The notes under the pieces: model-generated
Seen by the model: the letters and a program-made list of their open reading frames with translations, nothing else
Database searches by the model: none
Told to the model about the DNA's origin: nothing
Assembly: GCA_016715885.1 (NCBI GenBank)
Contig: JADJXL010000022.1
Coordinates: forward strand, 11,588 to 75,587
Origin: Polyangiaceae bacterium
Lineage (GTDB): Bacteria > Myxococcota_A > Polyangia > Polyangiales > Polyangiaceae
Reading direction: 5' to 3'
DNA: 64,000 nucleotides
In this document: piece by piece, positions 31,541 to 42,175 of the stretch
Layout: every line of letters begins with the position of its first letter
Position numbering within the stretch: the stretch's first letter is position 1
Program-made: the position numbers and the translations under genes

Positions 31541-32011
31541 ATGTCGACCCCTGCTCGCCTTCCGCTCTTGCTCGTCTCCATCGTCCTCATCGCCGCCGTG
31601 ATCGTTGGTTGCGGCAAGAAGGAAGAGGAACCGGTGGTTCTCACGATGCCTTCGGCTGCTCCAACTCCGGTCAAAGCGACCGAGGATCCAGCGCCTGCAG
31701 CAGAGCCCGCTGCTGCCGCTGGAAGCGCTGCTGCTGCCACCGATACCGCCGCCGTTGCCCCAGCAAATCCTCCGCCGGTTGAAACGGCAAAAGCTGCCCC
31801 GCCTCAACCCATCGATGGTTGCTGCTCGGCGCTCACGGCCATGACGAAGGATGCGAAGGTCGATGCCGGCACGAGGTCGAAAGCGACCGCGGCGTCGGCG
31901 ATATGCAATGCAACGGCAGCGCTCGTCAAAAGCGGCAAAACCTCGCGCGCATCGACCCTCACGCAGATCAGAGCGACGATGGCAGGCAAGGCACCAGCCG
32001 CCTGCAACTGA
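31541..32011 (+). CDS. Ala/Pro-rich lipoprotein, unknown function
   Basis: Lipobox LIAAVIVGC; low-complexity Ala/Pro N-terminal half; 4 Cys in the C-terminal half. Confidence 0.5.
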   Translation: MSTPARLPLLLVSIVLIAAVIVGCGKKEEEPVVLTMPSAAPTPVKATEDPAPAAEPAAAAGSAAAATDTAAVAPANPPPVETAKAAPPQPIDGCCSALTAMTKDAKVDAGTRSKATAASAICNATAALVKSGKTSRASTLTQIRATMAGKAPAACN

Positions 32012-32022
32012 TGACGCACACC

Positions 32023-33003
32023 TCAGCGGAAGTGGTCGTAACCTCGTTGTTCCACTGGGACAAACGCTGCTCCGGGGCCATCGAGCACCAAGTCGGAATC
32101 CGTTTTTTCTGACGGAAGCACGCGGCCGATGGGGATGAACCCCGGCGGAACCTGTCCCGCTGGGACCGTCATCACCAGCGCAAAGTCCTCACCGCCATGC
32201 AGCGCCAACTGCAACGGGTCGGCACCTACGATGCGCGCCGCGCGCTCGAGCTCCGGCGTCACGAGCTTCGTCGGATCGAGCGCGATGCGCACGCCACTGC
32301 CTCGAACCAAGTGTCCCACGTCTCTCGCAAGTCCATCGGATACGTCGATGGCAGCCGTCGCGACATCGCGCGCGGCAAGCCCATCCGCAATGCGTGCAAC
32401 GGGACGCCTGTACGCGCGCAGTGCAGGCTCTGCATCAGGGTGCGCATCCGGACGAGCGTTCGTCTTGCCAACCGATGCTTGGAGCAGCAACAGTCCCGCC
32501 GCGGACAAGCCAAGCGGTCCAGCAAGCACGACCGTGTCTCCCGGACACGCTCCCGCGCGTGTGAGCGGGCGACTCGATTCACCGAGCACCGTCGTCGTAA
32601 TGGAGACTTCGCTGCCACGTGCGAGGTTTCCGCCGACGATCGGCATGCCGAGCTCACCCGCCGCTTCGCTTTGACCCTGCAAGATGCCACGCAGGTCGTC
32701 GTCGCTGAAATCGGCTGGCAACACGAGCGCAGCCAAGATGCCGATCGGCGCCGCTCCCATCGCACCAAGGTCACTCGCTGCAGCCATCGTTGCGCGGTAA
32801 CCGACGTCCACCATCGACACGAAGTCGCGACGAAAGTGGACGCCCTCGACTTGCGCATCGATGGTCCACACGAGCGGCGTCTTGCTCGGAGCAAGCACGG
32901 CTGCATCGTCACCGATGCCCACGAGTGTTCGGTCTGCATTACCCGTCGCGAACGTCGAACGGATGAGGTCGATCCGTGCTGCTTCCGAGCTGCGATGACT
33001 CAT
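32023..33003 (-). CDS. thiL: Thiamine-monophosphate kinase (PurM-like fold)
   Basis: The IGDDAAVL...VEGVHF motif is present. Start 33003 was chosen because the ORF extension to 33141 overlaps the upstream kinase gene. Confidence 0.7.
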   Translation of the reverse strand: MSHRSSEAARIDLIRSTFATGNADRTLVGIGDDAAVLAPSKTPLVWTIDAQVEGVHFRRDFVSMVDVGYRATMAAASDLGAMGAAPIGILAALVLPADFSDDDLRGILQGQSEAAGELGMPIVGGNLARGSEVSITTTVLGESSRPLTRAGACPGDTVVLAGPLGLSAAGLLLLQASVGKTNARPDAHPDAEPALRAYRRPVARIADGLAARDVATAAIDVSDGLARDVGHLVRGSGVRIALDPTKLVTPELERAARIVGADPLQLALHGGEDFALVMTVPAGQVPPGFIPIGRVLPSEKTDSDLVLDGPGAAFVPVEQRGYDHFR

Positions 33004-33010
33004 CGCCGTT

Positions 33011-34459
33011 CTATCCGTCGAACCGCACCGCAACGGCAGTCTGCGGCGACGTTTCCGACGCAGGCGCTGCTGGCAGGCGGACGACGAAGACCGCACCTTG
33101 AGGCGTGTTGCTCTCGATGTGCACCGTGCCGTGATGCCCATCGACCAAACGCTTCACGATCGAAAGGCCGAGCCCCGTTCCTTCGTATTCACGCGAATGC
33201 CGCTGATCGACTTGGTAGAACGGATCGAAGACCTTCGTGCGTTCCTCTTCTGGAATTCCGATTCCCGTGTCCGCCACGCGCACTTCGATCATCTGTCGCA
33301 ATGGCGCGAGGAGCACCAAACCAGATTCGTCACCATCTTCGTCGTTCACTTCGACTTGCCTGGCCGATAGCGTGACGCGACCGTTTGTCGGGGTGAACTT
33401 GATCGCGTTCTCCGTCAAGTTGATGAACACCTGACGAAGTCGTTCGGGATCGCCAACGACGACAGGCAAATCTTCCGGCGCGTCGACCTCGAACGTGATG
33501 CCTTTCTTCGATGCTTTCGGAGCGAGCGTCGACACGGCTTCCATGAGCACCGACTTGATGAGCACGTCGCCGCGACGAATCATCACCGTGCCGCTCTCGA
33601 GCTTCGACAGGTCGAGAAGACTCATGATGAGCTCGAGCAAGTGATTGCTCTTGGCTTCGATGATCTTCACGAACTCGAGTTGCCCGGGAGTTAGCTCGCC
33701 GGCGATTCCACCGGAAAGCATTTCGCTGTAGCCGAGGATCGACGTCAGCGGCGTGCGAAGCTCGTGTGACACCGTCGCAAGGAAGTGGCTCTTGAGTTTG
33801 TCGAGCTCCTTTTGCTTGGCATAGGCCTGCTCGAGCGCAGAGGTCTTCTTCGTCAGTTCTTTGAAGCTCTCGCGCATCGACGCGATGTGCATCGTCGACG
33901 TCAAGTGCGCTTTGTGCCCACTCCAGAGCACGACATCGAGCACGGCGACGAGATGCTTGGCGACCGCCTCCGCAACGACCTCCGTCGCATGCGGCATGAG
34001 TGGCAAAAGCTCCGCGACCCGCGCCACGTCGATACGGCTGCTCACCTTGAACAGCGCATCGGGAATGGTTTCAATCGTCGGATCGACATACGGTCCGACG
34101 ATCACGCGGCCGATGACGTCGCCTTCGTATTGAATCGGCATCAGCCGATACCGGGCGCCCGTAAAGCACGGATGCTGCGTGCCTTCCTTCGATACGAGGC
34201 GCAAGCGTTTGACCTCGGCGACGACCTTGGCGCATGCCCGCCGTCCCGACGGCTCCTCGTTCACCATCGCGCAGAGGCTGCATTCGTTCGTCGTGCTGGC
34301 CAAATTCGTGCCCGAGCCCGAAACGATGCGCACATGCATGCCGAAGATCTGCTCGAACGAACCCACCATCGTTCGAAGCGACTCGCGATCGACGAGATCC
34401 TCGAGTCGGGGCGGGCCCAAGCCAATCGCATCGGCGCCCGTCGAAGCTTCGTCATTCAT
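33011..34459 (-). CDS. Sensor histidine kinase with an N-terminal Cys-containing PocR-like sensor domain
   Basis: HisKA H-box HELRTPLTSILGYSEML and HATPase GTGLGLSIVKRLVDGHHG. The N-terminal 200 aa carry C..C....C...C and PCF motifs reminiscent of PocR. The start is set at Met 34459, immediately after the stop of the mglA-like gene. Confidence 0.75.
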   Translation of the reverse strand: MNDEASTGADAIGLGPPRLEDLVDRESLRTMVGSFEQIFGMHVRIVSGSGTNLASTTNECSLCAMVNEEPSGRRACAKVVAEVKRLRLVSKEGTQHPCFTGARYRLMPIQYEGDVIGRVIVGPYVDPTIETIPDALFKVSSRIDVARVAELLPLMPHATEVVAEAVAKHLVAVLDVVLWSGHKAHLTSTMHIASMRESFKELTKKTSALEQAYAKQKELDKLKSHFLATVSHELRTPLTSILGYSEMLSGGIAGELTPGQLEFVKIIEAKSNHLLELIMSLLDLSKLESGTVMIRRGDVLIKSVLMEAVSTLAPKASKKGITFEVDAPEDLPVVVGDPERLRQVFINLTENAIKFTPTNGRVTLSARQVEVNDEDGDESGLVLLAPLRQMIEVRVADTGIGIPEEERTKVFDPFYQVDQRHSREYEGTGLGLSIVKRLVDGHHGTVHIESNTPQGAVFVVRLPAAPASETSPQTAVAVRFDG

Positions 34460-35187
34460 GGCGTTCCCCCAGGCAGAACGTTCGACCCGACCGCGCCCAT
34501 ACGCGTCGCAATCAGCTCGCGGAACGGCGTCGTCACGCCCAATTGCTGCGCTGCCGTTCGGACCATTTCGTCGCCGTCGATCGACAACTTCTTCGCCAGT
34601 TGATGGCTCTGATCCAGCGAACGCCATGTGAGCCAGAGCAAACAGATGAACGTTTCGACTACCCCGATGCCTCGCGTCGCAACCGCTCGAAACACCGGCT
34701 CACTGCCTTTCGCAGCAAGACGCACGAGCTCTTCGTCGGTCCGAATGTCCGGCATGTCGCGCTTGTTGAACTGAATCACGAGCGGCATCTTTCTGATGTC
34801 GATGCCGCTCTCCTTCAAGTTCTGACGCAAATCCAAGAACGCCTCGGCGTTGCGGTTCGTCTCGGATATGCGCGAGTCGACGATGAGCGCGACTCCATCG
34901 GCACCTTGAAGCACGAGCTTGCGTGTCGCTGAGTGGATGGGTTGTCCAGGAACGGTGAAAAGCTTGATGCGAAGAGAGAAGTCACCATCCTTCGACTTGA
35001 ACGTCAGCGGCAAAAGGTCGAAGAAAAGCGTGCGATCGTCCTGCGTTTCAAGCGTCATCAGGCGACCGCGCGTGTCGGACCCAGCGCGCGCGTGCAAGGC
35101 CACGAGGTTCGTGGTCTTGCCGCTCAACGCTGGCCCGTAATACACGAGCTTGATGGTGATCTCGCGAGAGGCGAAATCGAGCTGCAC
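34456..35187 (-). CDS. MglA-family Ras-like small GTPase paralog with a 50-aa C-terminal extension
   Basis: About 40% identical to M. xanthus MglA over 190 aa: SREI.IK.VYYGPALSGKTTNL, DRTLFFDLLPL (Arg-finger position), TVPGQ (catalytic Gln), NKRD. Confidence 0.85.
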   Translation of the reverse strand: MQLDFASREITIKLVYYGPALSGKTTNLVALHARAGSDTRGRLMTLETQDDRTLFFDLLPLTFKSKDGDFSLRIKLFTVPGQPIHSATRKLVLQGADGVALIVDSRISETNRNAEAFLDLRQNLKESGIDIRKMPLVIQFNKRDMPDIRTDEELVRLAAKGSEPVFRAVATRGIGVVETFICLLWLTWRSLDQSHQLAKKLSIDGDEMVRTAAQQLGVTTPFRELIATRMGAVGSNVLPGGTP

Positions 35188-35246
35188 GAGAGGATTGTCG
35201 CACGCAACAGGGCCGCGCGTCTTGCTCGATCAGTCGGCCCGTTCAA

Positions 35247-37031
35247 TCACGATGCGGCCACTTTCTCCTGCGATGCGCCCGACGCCCACACACCACTGCG
35301 CAGACTTTCCAGTTGTTCGATCACACCCGCGAGCGCCTTTGCTTCCGCATCACACGCTGCAATCGCCGTCTCCACGCTGAGCGCTGTGTTCGCTCGTTCA
35401 GCCTTCGCAGCACCGAGCACTTCGATGACCTCGCGATGCAGCTCTTCACCAGCCGTCACGACCCACGCATCGAGCCTTTGCGCGAACTCCTGAATCATCT
35501 CGTCGAGCTTCGGACCAACCTTCGTCGCAGCTTCACGCACGGCAATCGGCGCAAGCTCCTTCGCCCGCTTCTTCGTCTCCGTTTCGATCATTCCCTTCAC
35601 GTACACGGCCAGCACCGGAGCCGCGACCGCGAGGATTCCACCAAGAAGCACGTTGAACGTCATCACCGCGAGGCCCGCGCCAAACAGCGCAATGACGCCG
35701 ACGTCGTATCCGAGCGTGTCGACTTCGACGTTCGGTGTGCGAAGGTTTGCCCCGAGCGCCTCACGCACGCGCTTGGCAACCTCGTGCGCATCGTCGCGAA
35801 CGAGCGCGATCGTGCGCTCCGCGAGCGCTTCGAGCGCGTTGGCAATTTCCTTCGTCTCCGCCTGCGCCCAATCCGCAAACGTTCGCTCCAGGAACGGCCC
35901 GAGGTGCACTTTCAATTCATCTGCCGGCGCATTGTCGACGACATCGGGAATCTGTCGCGTCACGTCGGCGACAAACCTTTCGAGGTCCCGCTGCACCCAC
36001 GCCTGAATCCTCGCGACCTCTTCGCGAATCCCAAACCGCCGCTCCTCGATCGTCTTCGATTGTCCCGCGAGGTCTCGCTCCAGCATCTCGATCCGCCGGC
36101 TCAGCTCTTCACTCGTCATCGCCGCTGCCCGACGTCGCGCGTCGATGCCCTTGCCAAGCATGCGCGCCGCCTCGATGCCTTCACCGAGCGCGTTGTCGAG
36201 CAAGATGCGCCCGCGCTCTTCCGCCAAGAACGTCGTCAGGTGCTGCAGCAATTCGGGCATGCCGCTCTCCGTCGCTTGCCCATCGAGCGCCTTCCTCGCA
36301 CACACCGGAAATACGACCGGACTTCGCACCAGCTTGGCCAGCTCCGAACGAATGTACGCGAGCGCTTCGACCTCTTCGTCGGAGCTCCAAATATCGCGCT
36401 TCGTCACGACGAAAACGATCTTGTCGCGCGATTGCCCGAGGAGTTTTTCATTCAAGAACACCCGCTCGCTCTCCTTGAGCGGCTGACCCGCATCGAGAAG
36501 AAAGAGCACCGCGTCCGAACGAGGAATGTAGCTGTACGTGATGTCCGCACGCTGAAGCGACAGGTCGTTCACGCCTGGCGTGTCGACCAAAACGATGCGC
36601 TCGCGAAGGATCTCCGCCGGGTAATACACTTCGAGCCGATTCACGTCGTTCGCGACGCTTTCGGTCCCTTTTTCCTGACCAACCGCAAACTTGCGCACTT
36701 CCTCGAACGCCATCGTTTGACGTTCACCCGAAGCTCGCACGAGCTCTGCGCGAGGCTCGGCCGCATATTCGAGGTGGTGAATCACGGCCGTCGTGGGTGT
36801 GACGCCGACCGGGAGAACTTCTGCTCCGAGCAGCGCGTTCACGAACGTCGTCTTGCCATGGTTGAACTCGCCGACGACGACCAAGTGAAACCTGTCGGCT
36901 TCGAGTTTGTCGACGACATCGGTGCCGATACGACCGGCAAGCGATTTGGCGCCTACGCGAGCGGCAATCGTCACGACGTTGCGCAGCGCCGTCGCAACCT
37001 CGAGCTGCTTCGTGCGAAATGATTCGAGCAT
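35247..37031 (-). CDS. Bacterial dynamin-like protein (BDLP), large GTPase
   Basis: G1 GEFNHGKTTFVNALLG, G3 DTPG, G4 TKRD; length 594 aa with long helical stalk regions. Confidence 0.8.
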   Translation of the reverse strand: MLESFRTKQLEVATALRNVVTIAARVGAKSLAGRIGTDVVDKLEADRFHLVVVGEFNHGKTTFVNALLGAEVLPVGVTPTTAVIHHLEYAAEPRAELVRASGERQTMAFEEVRKFAVGQEKGTESVANDVNRLEVYYPAEILRERIVLVDTPGVNDLSLQRADITYSYIPRSDAVLFLLDAGQPLKESERVFLNEKLLGQSRDKIVFVVTKRDIWSSDEEVEALAYIRSELAKLVRSPVVFPVCARKALDGQATESGMPELLQHLTTFLAEERGRILLDNALGEGIEAARMLGKGIDARRRAAAMTSEELSRRIEMLERDLAGQSKTIEERRFGIREEVARIQAWVQRDLERFVADVTRQIPDVVDNAPADELKVHLGPFLERTFADWAQAETKEIANALEALAERTIALVRDDAHEVAKRVREALGANLRTPNVEVDTLGYDVGVIALFGAGLAVMTFNVLLGGILAVAAPVLAVYVKGMIETETKKRAKELAPIAVREAATKVGPKLDEMIQEFAQRLDAWVVTAGEELHREVIEVLGAAKAERANTALSVETAIAACDAEAKALAGVIEQLESLRSGVWASGASQEKVAAS

Positions 37032-37056
37032 CGCAAGCTCTCTTTCCTATCCAAAC

Positions 37057-37950
37057 CTATCCAAAAACCTTGATGAATCCATGAACTTGGTCGTCGACTT
37101 CCTCCATCGACAAACCTTTTCCCTCTTGCCCCACGTGATGCATGTAGAGCTCGCTTTGCGCGAACGTACGTAGCGCCTTCACGCGCGTCGGTACCCACGG
37201 ATGCGTCTGAAGAAGCTCGCGAAAACGTCCCACGCTCTCCTTGCCTTCTTCGTGCTGCGCCAAGAATGCTTCCAAGTTCAGCTCGGAATAAAGCTTGGCC
37301 GAGCCTAGTGCGAGCTTGGCAAGCGCGCGCGTCGAAACGTCGAGGTTGCGGGAGCATAGAAGGCTCGCGCGATCGCAGGTGATCTCCGCTCGTCGCAACC
37401 AGCTTCGGAGAGGAATCATCGCTGGATAAACGATCCACTGGACGAAGATCGAAACCATGACCTGCAAGTAGTGCATTGCGGTCAAGTACACGACGTGGCT
37501 GTTGTGGATGTGCCCGCACTCGTGACCGATGACGCTGCGCAATTCTTCATCCGTGAAGTGATCGACGAGCGCCGAATGGATCATGATGAAGGAATCGTCG
37601 TTCGTCCCGTACGTCGCAGCATTCATCTGCGGGCTGTTGACGATGTAGACCGTAGGCGTGGCAATGCCGAGCGTCTGCGCGCATTCGGCCGCTAGACCAT
37701 GCACGCGTGGAAACTGATTCGGCCCGACTTTGACTCCGTGACCCAAGAGATCAGCCTTGCCTGATTCCTTGAAAAAACGAACCGACGCAGCCACCGCAAG
37801 CTCGACCGGCTTCATCCTCTCGAATGCCATGCGTGTCGCGTGATCGGACGCGTACGCGTACGCATGACCCCCACCGTCCGATCCACCCGCGCGTTGCTCT
37901 TTGCGGCTCGCGACGAAGCCTTTGAAATCGAGCGTTCCGACTTGTGCCAT
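37057..37950 (-). CDS. M48-family Zn metallopeptidase (HtpX-like)
   Basis: HExxH in IGHECGHIHNSH; length 297 aa. Confidence 0.7.
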   Translation of the reverse strand: MAQVGTLDFKGFVASRKEQRAGGSDGGGHAYAYASDHATRMAFERMKPVELAVAASVRFFKESGKADLLGHGVKVGPNQFPRVHGLAAECAQTLGIATPTVYIVNSPQMNAATYGTNDDSFIMIHSALVDHFTDEELRSVIGHECGHIHNSHVVYLTAMHYLQVMVSIFVQWIVYPAMIPLRSWLRRAEITCDRASLLCSRNLDVSTRALAKLALGSAKLYSELNLEAFLAQHEEGKESVGRFRELLQTHPWVPTRVKALRTFAQSELYMHHVGQEGKGLSMEEVDDQVHGFIKVFG

Positions 37951-38164
37951 GAAGTTCGAACGTAACGGCGGGGATGCTGCGGTGCAACCGCACCTCCCGC
38001 TTCATCACGCAATTCGACGAGCGCTTTGCACACCCTTCACAGATGCCTTCACGCACGTCGTCATGAACGCGCGCGACCTGCCTGCCGATCACAACAACCT
38101 TTCGAAATTTTCTGCCCCTCCCAGACGAACAAGGCTTGCGTTATGAACGGAGAACCACCCCCGC

Positions 38165-39994
38165 ATGCCTCAAATCTACGGAAACACGAACGGGCTCAGC
38201 CCCGCCGCACACAAGACACTCGAACGCATCTACCGCCGTAAAGTGCCCCTCGAGCACATCGCGACGCCGGAGCTCATCAAGTCGCTCGCTGAAGCATCCA
38301 AAGAGACGGGCCGCCAAGTTGGTGCTCTCGTTCATCGATCAGGCGCGATCGACTACGTCATCGTTGGTGATGCAACGAAACTCATGCTCCCCGACATCGG
38401 ACGCCTCCGCGCGGCCGAAGGACGCTTTCGTGCACTGCGTCTCGTCCACACGCACCTCTACAACGAGCCGCTCACGCGCGATGACATCGTCGACCTCGTC
38501 CGCCTGCGTCTCGACCTCGTCGCCGCCATTCAGCTATCCGCCGAAGGCGAAGCGAAGACGATGGACTACGCGTACAACACGCCGCCTTCTCCCGTCGCTG
38601 CGGATGAAGATCCACGCAACCGACTGCCTTACAGGCGCGTCGAGCCGCAACCGATCGGTCGCATCGATACGGACTTCGGTGCGCTCATCGCCGCGCTCGA
38701 AGACGAATTCGCGAAACGTTCACGCACCGTTTCGACGACGGCCAAAGACGGTCGAGCCATCCTCGTGCACGTCGCGGAAAAGTCGAAACAAGGCGCATAC
38801 ACGAACGCAGAGGAGAGCTTGCGTGAACTGTCCGAGCTGTCACGCACGGCCGGTGTCGACGTCGCCGACACGGTCATTCAGCTTCGCGAAAGGATCGACC
38901 CGCGCCTCATCGTTGGTAAGGGCAAACTCGACGACATCGTCTTGCGCGCGGCCGAGCTCGATGCGGCCACGCTCGTTTTCGATCGCAATTTGAACCCGTC
39001 GCAGGCTTCGGCGATCGCCAAACATTCGGATCTGAAGATCCTCGATCGAACGCAGCTCATTCTGGACATCTTCGCGCAGCGCGCCGAATCGGCCGACGGC
39101 AAGCTTCAAGTGGAGCTGGCGCAACTCAAGTACGCGCTTCCGCGTTTGTCCCAAAAGGACGATTCACTCTCGCGTCTCACCGGCGGCATCGGCGGCCGTG
39201 GCCCTGGCGAAACCAAGCTCGAAATTGGACGTCGGCGCGCGAAAGAACGCGTGAGCTTTCTCGAGGACGAGCTCAAGAAATTGAGCCGTCAGCGTGAACA
39301 ACGCAGGCGCAAGCGCTCGAGACAAGGCGTGCCGATCGTGAGCATCGTGGGCTATACGAACGCGGGCAAGAGCACGCTGCTCAATACGCTCACGGGTTCC
39401 GACACGATCGCCGAGGACAAACTCTTCGCGACGCTCGACACGCGTTCGCGAAGGCTGCGTTTTCCGGAAGAGCGTGAGGTGATCATCACGGACACCGTGG
39501 GCTTCATTCGCGAGCTGCCCAAGGACCTGTTTGCAGCGTTTCGCGCAACGTTCGAGGAAACGGCGGATGCGGATCTTCTGCTGCACGTGGTCGACGCGAG
39601 CGATCCTGCGCGGGATCAGCAGATCGCCACGACGGAGGAGCTGCTTGGGGAGCTTGGTCTGGCGTCGATTCCGCGCATCGTGGTGTTCAACAAGATCGAC
39701 TTGATCGAGCCGGGTGAAGCGCGAAGGCTGCTCGTGGGACGCAAAGATGCGGTGATCACGAGCGCGCGCGATCGCGAATCCACGCGCGCGCTGCTCGCCA
39801 TGATTGCTTCACGTTTGAAGGAACGATGGGAACGGTCGAGTTTGTCTGGGTACAGCAGTGCGACGGACGAACCGCAACTCGACGCGGGCGATGAAGACGT
39901 TGCAGCGGTAGCGATGCTGGAAAATTCGTCGCTCACGACGCTCGAAGAAATGCTGGCGAGCAAGCGGTATCGTCGGACCACGATTGGGGCCTGA
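38165..39994 (+). CDS. hflX: GTPase HflX (long form, about 170-aa N-terminal extension)
   Basis: HflX N-domain coiled coil with G-domain SIVGYTNAGKSTLLN, DTVGF, NKID. Confidence 0.85.
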   Translation: MPQIYGNTNGLSPAAHKTLERIYRRKVPLEHIATPELIKSLAEASKETGRQVGALVHRSGAIDYVIVGDATKLMLPDIGRLRAAEGRFRALRLVHTHLYNEPLTRDDIVDLVRLRLDLVAAIQLSAEGEAKTMDYAYNTPPSPVAADEDPRNRLPYRRVEPQPIGRIDTDFGALIAALEDEFAKRSRTVSTTAKDGRAILVHVAEKSKQGAYTNAEESLRELSELSRTAGVDVADTVIQLRERIDPRLIVGKGKLDDIVLRAAELDAATLVFDRNLNPSQASAIAKHSDLKILDRTQLILDIFAQRAESADGKLQVELAQLKYALPRLSQKDDSLSRLTGGIGGRGPGETKLEIGRRRAKERVSFLEDELKKLSRQREQRRRKRSRQGVPIVSIVGYTNAGKSTLLNTLTGSDTIAEDKLFATLDTRSRRLRFPEEREVIITDTVGFIRELPKDLFAAFRATFEETADADLLLHVVDASDPARDQQIATTEELLGELGLASIPRIVVFNKIDLIEPGEARRLLVGRKDAVITSARDRESTRALLAMIASRLKERWERSSLSGYSSATDEPQLDAGDEDVAAVAMLENSSLTTLEEMLASKRYRRTTIGA

Positions 39995-40015
39995 CCAATC
40001 GCGAAGCGTAAATGC

Positions 40016-40054
40016 GAGAGCGCCCTGCGTTCGCGATCGAGGCGAATGCAGGGC
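40016..40054. terminator. Bidirectional stem-loop terminator between convergent hflX and the Pro-rich protein gene
   Basis: agcgccctgcgttcgc-gatcgag-gcgaatgcagggcgct forms a 16-bp stem (one G-U) with a 7-nt loop. Confidence 0.55.
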
Positions 40055-40077
40055 GCTTTGCGCTTCTGACAGATGGA

Positions 40078-41334
<1,257 letters not shown>

Positions 41335-41439
41335 ACTCGACTCATCTTCGATCTTTGAGATCGGGAGACATAACCCTCACTGCGCTCTCGACACAAGAGG
41401 TTTGCGCACTTTGCTTGCGCTTCTTGATCTCGGGGTACG

Positions 41440-42045
41440 TCACGGCGGGTCGCGTTCGTCGAGCCACGTTGGAAATCGCAATGTGGCGTCGATGCCAAAC
41501 CCCCGCACCGCTTCGGCCATCTTCGCCGCTCGCTCTCCCCGAGGCAGCCGAGCCCGCAGTCGCCCGAGCGCATCGAGGAACCGGCCGAACCGCGGATCCG
41601 CAAAGAGCACCTCGAGATCTTCGCGGATCCGCCGCAACGCTCCCGGCGCCGCGCCGCCCGAGGCGAACGTCATCGTCATCCCAGACGCATGCACGACCGC
41701 ACGATTCGCGAACGTCGAAAGCTCCGGCCGATCAAGCGTGCAAAGCAGGCGCCCCTCATCGACCGCCCGCTTGTAAAAAGGCGCTGCACGATCCGCATCG
41801 GTTGTCGCGACAAACACCAGCACCTTGCCATCGACGTCTTCGAGCCGTGCCTCCCGCCGCTCGAACACCACTCGCCCCTCGGCCACCCACTGCTCGACCG
41901 CTGGATCCAGCGGCCCCGTCGTCACGACCAAGACCCGCGCGCCCGCATCGAGCAGCCGTCCGATCTTGGACACCACCTCACCACTCGCACCCACGACGAG
42001 CGCTTCGCGCCCCGCCACATCGAGCTCCACCGGGAAAAAACGCAC
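41440..42045 (-). CDS. Precorrin-2 dehydrogenase / sirohydrochlorin ferrochelatase (siroheme synthase N-terminal domain, SirC/Met8-like)
   Basis: The 201-aa protein has an N-terminal Rossmann fold (ALVVGASGEV..K...LL.AGARVLVV). Confidence 0.55.
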   Translation of the reverse strand: MRFFPVELDVAGREALVVGASGEVVSKIGRLLDAGARVLVVTTGPLDPAVEQWVAEGRVVFERREARLEDVDGKVLVFVATTDADRAAPFYKRAVDEGRLLCTLDRPELSTFANRAVVHASGMTMTFASGGAAPGALRRIREDLEVLFADPRFGRFLDALGRLRARLPRGERAAKMAEAVRGFGIDATLRFPTWLDERDPP

Positions 42046-42175
42046 GGCGCCGTCAATAACACACGTTGCGCTTGTCTATGGTTTGTTTATAGATTATCAA
42101 ACATTAGACACACGTTGTCACAACGTCCGACGACGTGTCGTTGCGGTCACGCATACGAATTGAAGGAGGTCGGTC

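Noticed and set aside
33004-33141. N-terminal 46 aa of the thiL ORF and the first 56 aa of the kinase ORF (34460..34627)
   Set aside because: Each overlaps the C-terminus of the upstream gene. Internal Met starts give adjacent, non-overlapping genes with sensible N-termini.
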